A stretch of 64,000 nt of DNA, taken from contig MEUC01000007.1 in NCBI GenBank assembly GCA_001771545.1, forward strand, positions 8,030-72,029, read 5' to 3'. This DNA comes from a candidate division WOR-1 bacterium RIFOXYB2_FULL_42_35. Lineage in GTDB: Bacteria > Margulisbacteria > WOR-1 > O2-12-FULL-45-9. Positions 57,084-64,000 of the stretch are shown here, one piece after another (position 1 is the stretch's first letter; each line of letters starts with the position of its first letter). The translations under genes were made by a program, and so were the position numbers. Under the pieces are notes generated by a model. The model saw only the letters and a program-made list of their open reading frames with translations, searched no databases and had not been told where the DNA came from.

Positions 57084-57794
57084 TCACCTTAAAACGGAGA
57101 TATAATTTTTGAGCATAAAAATAACTTCTGTTTTAAGATGGTTCTTGACCCAAGCTTTTTCTTTCTCGTTCAACAATTCGCCCAGTCCCTGCAGAATTTG
57201 GTTGTCCTTAATTTTTTCGATAAAAGCAACGCAATCACCTAAATAGTCTTTGGTCTTTTTACCTGTTCTAGCCAGAATTAGGGCAGCGTTAATATCCCAA
57301 TTTTTTTTAGCAAAATAGTAGCTATCATAGACATCGCGCATCGCTATTTGCGTCCGCAAAGTTAAAGCTATCAATTTACCGGCAAAAAGATAGTCCTTTT
57401 TGGCCGCAAACATGGAGATACCAAGATATTCTTTTAATTCGTACTGCTCTTTGATATTAGGGACTAGCTGTCTGGTATTTATCTCGATTTTAATATTATG
57501 GTCATCATCCCCATAGGAAAGCAAGGCAAAAACAGTAAATCGTTTTATACGGTTATCTTTAATTTCGCCATATTTTGCCAAAATCAATTTAACTTTATCA
57601 AAAACTAGTTTTTGGTTTTCCTCGCTTGGCGACAACAAATCAAAATCTAAATCCACAGAAAAGCGCGGCAGGCCATAAAAAAAGTAAGCGCAAGTGCCGC
57701 CTTTAAAACCTAAGAGAGGCGCCAACGAAACGTCACTATGGATTTCCCTTAAGATTTGTCCCATTATTAATTGGTGCTTTTCTTTATTAAGCAT
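57084..57794 (-). CDS. abiEii: nucleotidyltransferase AbiEii/AbiGii-family toxin
   Basis: FKGGTCAYFFYGLPRFSVDLDFDL is the family's NTase motif. It overlaps the upstream partner by 8 nt. Confidence 0.8.
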   Translation of the reverse strand: MLNKEKHQLIMGQILREIHSDVSLAPLLGFKGGTCAYFFYGLPRFSVDLDFDLLSPSEENQKLVFDKVKLILAKYGEIKDNRIKRFTVFALLSYGDDDHNIKIEINTRQLVPNIKEQYELKEYLGISMFAAKKDYLFAGKLIALTLRTQIAMRDVYDSYYFAKKNWDINAALILARTGKKTKDYLGDCVAFIEKIKDNQILQGLGELLNEKEKAWVKNHLKTEVIFMLKNYISVLR

Positions 57795-58356
57795 AACTTT
57801 CCCTGTATTTATTAAGCCGCTTGACCAGCTGCTTATTATTGTAAATCTTTACTATTTCAGCACATTGCTCCCAATTGAGCGGTTGCAAGTTGTCGAAGTA
57901 ATAATCAGGAAACAGGTAAATCATGTCCAAGAATGCCCTCTCCAAAGTAGCAATGCTATAGCTCTCCTTATTTACCACTCCTGTTGGGTTGTACAAAACA
58001 GTATCTTTTAACTTCCTGAAGATAAAAGCCTGTTTATTAATCGTAAGGGTTTTCGGCCACTTGCCAGCCACAAAAATAGTGTCATAATGCTGAAAAATAA
58101 CGCCTACTTCCCGCAGCACTGTTTCAAAACTTATATAGGAAGGAGTATAAAGACTGGTCGCCAATTCCTTGGGATTGTAGTTTTTCTCTTTAGAAAAAAC
58201 ACCCCTGGTCAATCGAGTTAAGGCTCCCTGTTTGGCATAATAAGCTGTTTTGGCATTCAGTTTTTTGGGGTCGCTTTCTTCCCAAATTAAAGCTAAGTCT
58301 TCGGTGGTCAAGACAGTTTTCGGTGCCCTGTATAATTTAGCTATTAAATTATCCAT
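57787..58356 (-). CDS. abiEi: AbiEi-family type IV antitoxin / transcriptional regulator
   Basis: Has an N-terminal wHTH-like segment VLTTEDLALIW...AKQGALTRLTRGVFS. Its position upstream of AbiEii is typical. Confidence 0.7.
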   Translation of the reverse strand: MDNLIAKLYRAPKTVLTTEDLALIWEESDPKKLNAKTAYYAKQGALTRLTRGVFSKEKNYNPKELATSLYTPSYISFETVLREVGVIFQHYDTIFVAGKWPKTLTINKQAFIFRKLKDTVLYNPTGVVNKESYSIATLERAFLDMIYLFPDYYFDNLQPLNWEQCAEIVKIYNNKQLVKRLNKYRESYA

Positions 58357-58372
58357 AATGAGATTTTTGTTT

Positions 58373-58403
58373 GCTGGAACTGATACTTTTTACAACTTCC
58401 AGC
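58373..58403 (-). promoter_or_regulatory. inverted repeat GCTGGAA-N17-TTCCAGC (candidate AbiEi operator)
   Basis: It lies between the predicted -10 and the abiEi ATG. Confidence 0.35.
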
Positions 58404-58407
58404 GCAC

Positions 58408-58436
58408 ATTATGTAGTATTGCTGGGTAATAGTCAA
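58408..58436 (-). promoter_or_regulatory. sigma70-like promoter for abiEi-abiEii
   Basis: The minus strand reads TTGACT-N17-CATAAT. Confidence 0.5.
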
Positions 58437-58552
58437 GCGCGAATAAATCGATACGAAAGTCGGCCTAGACGAGGCATAAAACATAAAGGGGAAGTCAATA
58501 CGTAGACGAATAAGTCTGTACGTGAGTCGGTTTTGTTGGTCGAGAAAGAGGG

Positions 58553-59113
58553 TTACTTATTAAATAAATTCATGGCTTTAGCTAAACCATGGGCGAGAAT
58601 TGCTTCTACTGCTTCAGCCGCGGTTGTAGTTGCCAAAGCTAAAGATTCTTGTTCTGCTTTAGGAATTTGAGCCAAAACATAATCAGCCACATCCCCAGTT
58701 AGATTGTCTCGACCTAAACCAATACGAACCCTAATGAAGCTTGTAATACCAATATTTTCTATTACCGACTCAATGCCATGATGTCCACCAGCACTCCCCT
58801 TGTCCCTCAGTCGCAGCTGACCAACACCCAAATCAACATCATCATAAATTAAGATCAATTTATCTGCCTTAATCTTGAACCAGTCCATAAGACTTCTGAC
58901 TGCTAAACCGGAATTATTCATAAAAGTCTGGGGTTTGGCTAAAACAACTTGCTCGGAATCTATCTCGGTCTTAACAATCAGGGCTTGACACTTTGATTTG
59001 AAAGAGGTGATTTTTAAGCGGGCGGCCAACTCATCAATAACCCGGAAACCTAAGTTGTGGCGAGTATTTTCGTATTCTTTACCAGGATTACCCAGGCCTA
59101 CAATTAAATACAT
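58553..59113 (-). CDS. pth: peptidyl-tRNA hydrolase
   Basis: Contains LIVGLGNPG..Y..TRHN and GHHGIES. Confidence 0.95.
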   Translation of the reverse strand: MYLIVGLGNPGKEYENTRHNLGFRVIDELAARLKITSFKSKCQALIVKTEIDSEQVVLAKPQTFMNNSGLAVRSLMDWFKIKADKLILIYDDVDLGVGQLRLRDKGSAGGHHGIESVIENIGITSFIRVRIGLGRDNLTGDVADYVLAQIPKAEQESLALATTTAAEAVEAILAHGLAKAMNLFNK

Positions 59114-59114
59114 C

Positions 59115-59975
59115 TTAACGTCCGTAGGAGAAATCTATCCCAAATCTCACGTCGGAAGAAACAACCTTATTGGGATCGGTTGGTTGGTCTTTAAGATAAG
59201 AAACCCCCAGAATTTCCGCGTACATTTTAAACTTCTTAAAAAGATCATTGGCCTGACCAGACATCCGCCAGGGCTCAACTCTTATGCCCACCCCATAAGC
59301 AGCTGTATTAAGGAAAGAATAGCTGGCACCAGACTTGCCGGAGATCGTCAGATCAGCCTTAAGATAGGCTTCAATCCCATTGCCCAAGTGACGGCCAAAC
59401 TTTGGTTGAAAATAAAAAATATAGCTATTAAAGTCTTCCCAACCAAAATTGGTAGTACGCCAAGCAAAATTGGTCCACAACTCACCCCAAGGAAGATTTT
59501 CATTAACATTATCCAAGTTCCATTCATGCCAAACCTCTAGCCCGTAGCGCAGATCAGTAGTGGCCAAGCCGGCAGATTCTGCCGAAGCAGCCCCCTGCCA
59601 ATACGTGGGCTGTAAACTCTCAACATAAACCTTAACATCCTTTATCCATTCGTCCTGCCAGCTACCGGCCTTATAACTTTCAAAAGGTTTATAACGTGAT
59701 CCTACTCCATAAAAAAATGAATTGTTCCAATAATCTGCATTTTGAGAAACCGAGCCATAATAGACCAAATAAGCCTGCCAGGGTAAATCGAATAGATTTA
59801 AACCAAATTTCCCCTCATAGCGACCCAAAAAAGCCGTAAAGTTCTTCTTCTCTAAATTGGTTTGATAATAAGCGGCGTTATTCCAAAGTTCGCTAAAAAC
59901 GAATGGTCGTGGGGCAGCCAATGAGGGAAGAATTAAAGCGCTGCCTATCATTAGAATTAAAACAATCCGCTTCAC
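59115..59975 (-). CDS. secreted Trp/Tyr-rich protein, possibly an outer-membrane beta-barrel
   Basis: Has a signal peptide (MKRIVLILMIGSALILPSLAA) and an alternating aromatic pattern. No family recognised. Confidence 0.4.
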   Translation of the reverse strand: MKRIVLILMIGSALILPSLAAPRPFVFSELWNNAAYYQTNLEKKNFTAFLGRYEGKFGLNLFDLPWQAYLVYYGSVSQNADYWNNSFFYGVGSRYKPFESYKAGSWQDEWIKDVKVYVESLQPTYWQGAASAESAGLATTDLRYGLEVWHEWNLDNVNENLPWGELWTNFAWRTTNFGWEDFNSYIFYFQPKFGRHLGNGIEAYLKADLTISGKSGASYSFLNTAAYGVGIRVEPWRMSGQANDLFKKFKMYAEILGVSYLKDQPTDPNKVVSSDVRFGIDFSYGR

Positions 59976-60004
59976 CGCTGTCTCCCTATTGCCTAAACGG
60001 AGTC

Positions 60005-60760
60005 TTACTCCTCAACTGACAGATAAATGTTGTCAACGTTAAATTTGATGGCTCCATCTGCTTTGGAACCAAGACAAATAAACTGCAACTCTAATAAGCC
60101 GCCAGAACCATTGGTTTGTTGGGGATTCCAGATATCATCACCAACCCCGTCATTGGCATCAACAAAATCAGCCAAAGGAATTTCTAGACGCTTCCAGCCA
60201 CTCCAATCAACAGAAATATCATAAACTAATTTATCGTCATAAACCGGGGCATAGCTATTGTTGGAATCCTGCTCAGCTTGCCAATTGTTATTATCATCAT
60301 CCAAGAGCTCAATTTTTAAAGTGCCGGAACCAAGCCCGTTGCCATAAACATCAATCTTAAAAGTGTCATAAATTGATAGGTCCTGATTTTCCTTAGCTAT
60401 GTAAGTGCCGCAACCACCGGCATACCAATTGGTAGCTGTGCCGTTAAAAGCTAAAGAATAATTACCTACCTCGGCTGCAACCTTCCGATCCCCAGCAGAG
60501 TAATCAGTATTGGCAATTGGCTCGGCCTTTTTAATATCAAAAACCCACCATTCTTGTGGTGACTTTAAACTGCCAAATTCAAAATTGCTGATCAGATAAG
60601 ACCCACCAGCGGTAATCTTAGCAGTAGGGATAGTTTTTTTAGTATCTTGTGTGGTTGACGTACTTGAACTTTGTTTTTCCGAACTGCGCCCGCCAAAACC
60701 AAAAGAAGCAGAACCTAAAAGAAGAGACAAGACAACAAATACGATCATTAAACGTTTCAT
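60005..60760 (-). CDS. secreted protein with carbohydrate-binding-module-like (CBM11/CIA30-type) domain
   Basis: Has a signal peptide and a Ser/Thr linker. It contains WYAGGCGTY...FKIDVYGNG...WKRLEIPLADF. Confidence 0.45.
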   Translation of the reverse strand: MKRLMIVFVVLSLLLGSASFGFGGRSSEKQSSSTSTTQDTKKTIPTAKITAGGSYLISNFEFGSLKSPQEWWVFDIKKAEPIANTDYSAGDRKVAAEVGNYSLAFNGTATNWYAGGCGTYIAKENQDLSIYDTFKIDVYGNGLGSGTLKIELLDDDNNNWQAEQDSNNSYAPVYDDKLVYDISVDWSGWKRLEIPLADFVDANDGVGDDIWNPQQTNGSGGLLELQFICLGSKADGAIKFNVDNIYLSVEE

Positions 60761-60804
60761 ATTTTATTCTCCTGTTACTTCTTCGTCATTTTTGCGGAAA
60801 AATT

Positions 60805-62556
60805 TCACTTAAGTTCAAGAATTCCCCAAACGCTTGGGTCTTTATAAAAGTAGTAATCCCCATTCCAGATAAACTGACGTTCGCGCAAACCTGTTTCGTC
60901 CGCATCATCAAAAGCAATATCAAAAGGAATCTTTAGTCCTTTGGTGGGAGTAAAATATTTTTCCGCCCGAAAAGAGGCCCAGGGAATTTTTGCCTCGAGA
61001 ATATACCCAGCAGGGCTGCCGGTCTTTTTAACCACAATCTCACTCCCATTGGGTGACCTGCGACGCTGCCAGTTCCAAATCCCAGGATTATTCCCTTTGT
61101 CATTGCCGGTTCCAAGGCCAAGCTGGTAATCTCCACGTTCAATTGAGCTGCGACTAGGCTCTGCAGCAGGATTAAGCCCTAAAACTATTTCAAGCGCATC
61201 ACCATTCCAAATATCTTGAGTCTGTTTGTTATTAACTAGAGGAATTTTATCGCTAATTTCTGCGGCCAAATAAAGATTCTCCTCATCCCACATAAAATAC
61301 GCCTGACCAGACAAATCTTCCGGACCTTGCCAGGACAAACCTTCCTTAAGAAAAGAGGCATCAACCATTACAATTGGCTGGCTTTTGTTCCAATCAGCAA
61401 GATCCCCGTTAATAGTTAGGTTCCCAGGGACTCTTAAGGCCTGGGCTGTTTTCTGAGTCTTTTTGATATCATAAATCACGGGCTTAAAATTAGCCATAGC
61501 TTCCCCGGAACTAGAGAAGATTGGATCCTGTATAACTTGTCGGAACATTTCCAAAGATTTATTACTAGAGTTAACCCGCCAGTCGGCTTCTTTCCTAACA
61601 TCAAACCAGATTATAGCATCTATATTACGCATACTACTCTTCAATGAACCCAACATATCCTTGATCCAAACAGCTTTATCTCCCCCCTTCTCGGCAGATG
61701 AAAATTCGGCAATCATGACCGGTTTATCCGGCCAAAGTTTCTTTGCTAAACGCACCTGATCACGGAAAAGATAGCGAAAAGCCTCCCAACCACTCCATTC
61801 CTGGGTTTCTCCCCAGTTGTAACCATCAATCCCAATCCAATCGACATAATCATTGCCTGGATAAGCCAGGATCCAGTCATTCCAAGCTTCTTTAGGATTA
61901 GAAACGTTATTAAAACACCAAACCCATTTCACATTATTAACTTTTTCTTTTTTAAAAACATCAACTACATGCTTATAGGCCTTGATATATTTGTTTGCAT
62001 CCTTACCATTGTTAGGCACACTCCAGGGATAGGTACCGGTATTGAATTCATGAGCTAACCGTAAAAAAACCGGGTGTTTAAAGTTTCTGATTTCCTGGGC
62101 CCAATTACGGATATAGTGATCCCACTTGCCGGCAATAACATCATCAAGCTGAACCTTGCTATGGTTACTCCAATACCATGGCTCCCAAACAATCTGGGGC
62201 ACAGCCCCATAATTGATCACATCCGAAGCATCCTCAAAAGGGAAATTTTGTTCCCAATCCATATACCACATAATCATGGCCGGATTTTTCCCAACCTGTT
62301 CCGTAAATTTATTAATGTGATTCATATTGCGAGGAGCACCTTCGCGGAAGACACCGAGAAAAACTTCACGTTTAGCGGAAATATCATTACCGGAGGCGGA
62401 ACGAGCCATGGCCCAAGCTTGATGAAATCCCAAACTCAAAATCCCAAGTGCAAAAATCAAAATAAATCCCAAGCCCAAAGTTCCAAAATATTTTAAAATT
62501 GGGATTTGGAATTTTGGATTTGTTTTGAACTTTGATCTTTGGTTTTTGGATTTCAT
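60805..62556 (-). CDS. glycoside hydrolase family 26-like enzyme with C-terminal CBM9-like domain
   Basis: Contains LRLAHEFN (acid/base region), YPGNDYVDWIGIDGYN and MIAEFSS (nucleophile region). The C-terminal domain includes DEENLYLAAEISD. The signal anchor follows a repeat-derived N-terminus. Confidence 0.65.
   Translation of the reverse strand: MKSKNQRSKFKTNPKFQIPILKYFGTLGLGFILIFALGILSLGFHQAWAMARSASGNDISAKREVFLGVFREGAPRNMNHINKFTEQVGKNPAMIMWYMDWEQNFPFEDASDVINYGAVPQIVWEPWYWSNHSKVQLDDVIAGKWDHYIRNWAQEIRNFKHPVFLRLAHEFNTGTYPWSVPNNGKDANKYIKAYKHVVDVFKKEKVNNVKWVWCFNNVSNPKEAWNDWILAYPGNDYVDWIGIDGYNWGETQEWSGWEAFRYLFRDQVRLAKKLWPDKPVMIAEFSSAEKGGDKAVWIKDMLGSLKSSMRNIDAIIWFDVRKEADWRVNSSNKSLEMFRQVIQDPIFSSSGEAMANFKPVIYDIKKTQKTAQALRVPGNLTINGDLADWNKSQPIVMVDASFLKEGLSWQGPEDLSGQAYFMWDEENLYLAAEISDKIPLVNNKQTQDIWNGDALEIVLGLNPAAEPSRSSIERGDYQLGLGTGNDKGNNPGIWNWQRRRSPNGSEIVVKKTGSPAGYILEAKIPWASFRAEKYFTPTKGLKIPFDIAFDDADETGLRERQFIWNGDYYFYKDPSVWGILELK
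62497..62556 (-). repeat. word-repeat element forming the 5' end (including ATG) of the GH26-like gene
   Basis: AAAATTGGGATTTGGAATTTTGGATTTGTTTTGAACTTTGATCTTTGGTTTTTGGATTTCAT encodes MKSKNQRSKFKTNPKFQIPI. Confidence 0.85.
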
Positions 62557-62561
62557 CCGGC

Positions 62562-64000
62562 TTACCCCTTAACTGCTCCCGCAGTCAATCCTTTAACTAT
62601 ATGACGCTGCAAGAGGAAGAAAATTACTACTACCGGGATGGTTGCCACTGTAGCTGCAGCCATCATCAGGTCAAAACGGTTTTGGTAATTACCCACAAAG
62701 AGACGGATACCGACAGGAATTGTCATTGTATCGGCATTGGTCAAGACCCAGGCAAACATCAACTCATCCCAAGCTTGTAAAAAAATGTAAATACCAGTTG
62801 CAACAATACCAGGCAAGGCCAAAGGCAAAGCTACGTACCAAAAAACCCTTAATCTGGAACAACCGTCAATCAAAGCAGCCTCTTCCAACTCTTTGGGAAT
62901 GGCAGCAAAAAAACCACGCAGGATCCAAATAGAAAAAGGTAAAAACCAGGCTGAATAAATCAAAATAATCCCGGGATAAGTCCCTTTAACCGGAATCCCG
63001 GACATGGCTGTGAATCTGACAAACATGATATAAATCGGGATCAAATACATGATCATTGGAATCATCTGAGTTGCTAAAATAGCATTGCTAAACATATCCG
63101 AACCGGGAAAACGGAAACGCGATAAGGCATAAGCAGCAAAGGTCGCAATAATCATGGCAAAGAACATGGTAAAGCCACAAATGATTAAAGAATTCTTTAG
63201 ATAGAGGCCGAAATTAACACTCTTCCACATGTCGATATAATTATGCCAGCGCACCAAAAGATGTCCACTGGCCAATCTAATCTGGGCAACTATTTTATTG
63301 CTTTGCAGATCATACTTATAAAGCTTGCCACTCCCTGTCCCCAGATAAAGCAGCCCCTTATGGCTGGCCCGAGAAAATACCTCATCGCCTATACCGGCAA
63401 ATTGCTCAGTTTTAATGACACCTGCATTGGGGAAGTAGATTCCTTTGGCTCGGGGCAAGTTCTTAATGAAGCGCAGTGTTTCGGCATCATAGACAGCTAC
63501 ATCATTGTAACGTTTATACTCATAGGAAACATAAAGGGAATCAGCCTTTTTCTCGATGCAAGTCGTTGTAACTTTGTTGAGATCAACATCGCCTTTTGCA
63601 ATAGGACCGAAAGAATGGGTCTGCTGCAAATTTTCCCGGCTAACTTTAATTAAACCCCTATTAGCAGAGGCAATCCAAATAAAATCTTCGTCAACAAAAT
63701 AAGAAGTGGCCGCTGTTTTAAAAGAAACATATTTGAGTCGTTTTAAATCCTTGGCCTGATACAAGTTAATTCCACCATCAGCCGACAAAATTAATAAGTT
63801 GTCATCGGTCGGTACAATTTTTAAAATATCAGAGCCTGCCCGCCGCAACCCAACTTTACCAATGGCAATATCAGTTGAATCTTTAAGGGAAGAATAGACC
63901 ATCCAGCCGATAGGAAGCAATGTTATAGCCAAAAAGGCCAGCATGACGATACTGATAATTATGTCGGTTATTCGTTTTCTGGCGTAGTAAGAGATATTCA
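62562..64000 (-). CDS. ABC carbohydrate transporter permease (MalG/BPD_transp_1 type), 5' end off-window, with a large periplasmic insertion
   Basis: Has the EAA loop EEAALIDGCSRLRVFWYVALP. The frame stays open upstream of the track's Met to position 64000 (NISYYARKRITDIIISIV-MLAF...). About 220 non-membrane residues lie between TM1 and TM2. Confidence 0.8.
   Translation of the reverse strand, partial: NISYYARKRITDIIISIVMLAFLAITLLPIGWMVYSSLKDSTDIAIGKVGLRRAGSDILKIVPTDDNLLILSADGGINLYQAKDLKRLKYVSFKTAATSYFVDEDFIWIASANRGLIKVSRENLQQTHSFGPIAKGDVDLNKVTTTCIEKKADSLYVSYEYKRYNDVAVYDAETLRFIKNLPRAKGIYFPNAGVIKTEQFAGIGDEVFSRASHKGLLYLGTGSGKLYKYDLQSNKIVAQIRLASGHLLVRWHNYIDMWKSVNFGLYLKNSLIICGFTMFFAMIIATFAAYALSRFRFPGSDMFSNAILATQMIPMIMYLIPIYIMFVRFTAMSGIPVKGTYPGIILIYSAWFLPFSIWILRGFFAAIPKELEEAALIDGCSRLRVFWYVALPLALPGIVATGIYIFLQAWDELMFAWVLTNADTMTIPVGIRLFVGNYQNRFDLMMAAATVATIPVVVIFFLLQRHIVKGLTAGAVKG

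Overview
The window is a gene-dense, almost entirely minus-strand housekeeping backbone. It appears to come from an uncultivated diderm bacterium, because TonB, a TonB-dependent receptor and type IV pilus/T2SS genes are present. The pgsA-cinA-recA-rny-ymdB and pth...mfd gene orders resemble Bacillus. The standard genetic code fits, since all large ORFs are intact. Recognisable content includes aminoacyl-tRNA synthetases (metG, lysS, valS), an arginine block (argF-argG-argH followed by ndk), pepA, metF, coaX, rluD, tgt, queA, rsmI, plsY, lysC, rimO, yajQ, ftsH, mazG, mfd, pth and two tandem tRNA-Pro genes. I found no rRNA, CRISPR array, transposase or integrase. Five things stand out. (1) A dispersed family of short T-rich 'word' repeats (TTTGATCTT / GGATTTG / GAATTTG units around a TTGTTT core; A-rich on the sense strand) occurs in intergenic DNA. 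It is also translated in frame as Lys/Asn/Ser/Gln-rich loops inside essential enzymes (ValRS twice, QueA, CoaX, RluD, MazG, the N-terminus of a GH26 enzyme, and a Tgt loop). A second family of GC-rich hairpins (C5TCTC...GAGAG5 plus GGGGGTGAG) has one in-frame copy in queA. (2) A soluble histidine kinase is followed by two paralogous REC-plus-degenerate-GHKL proteins, directly upstream of an M23 peptidase-bactofilin pair. (3) A small accessory islet sits between pth and mfd. It holds an AbiEi/AbiEii pair, an orphan ORF, an AAA+/DUF4143 ATPase and a 20-nt poly-G tract abutting the ATPase promoter. (4) An orphan four-gene cluster lies between mazG and mfd. (5) There is a tandem pair of eukaryotic-like Ser/Thr kinases, one with degenerate catalytic motifs. 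All calls come from reading the sequence and ORF translations by eye. No database search was run.
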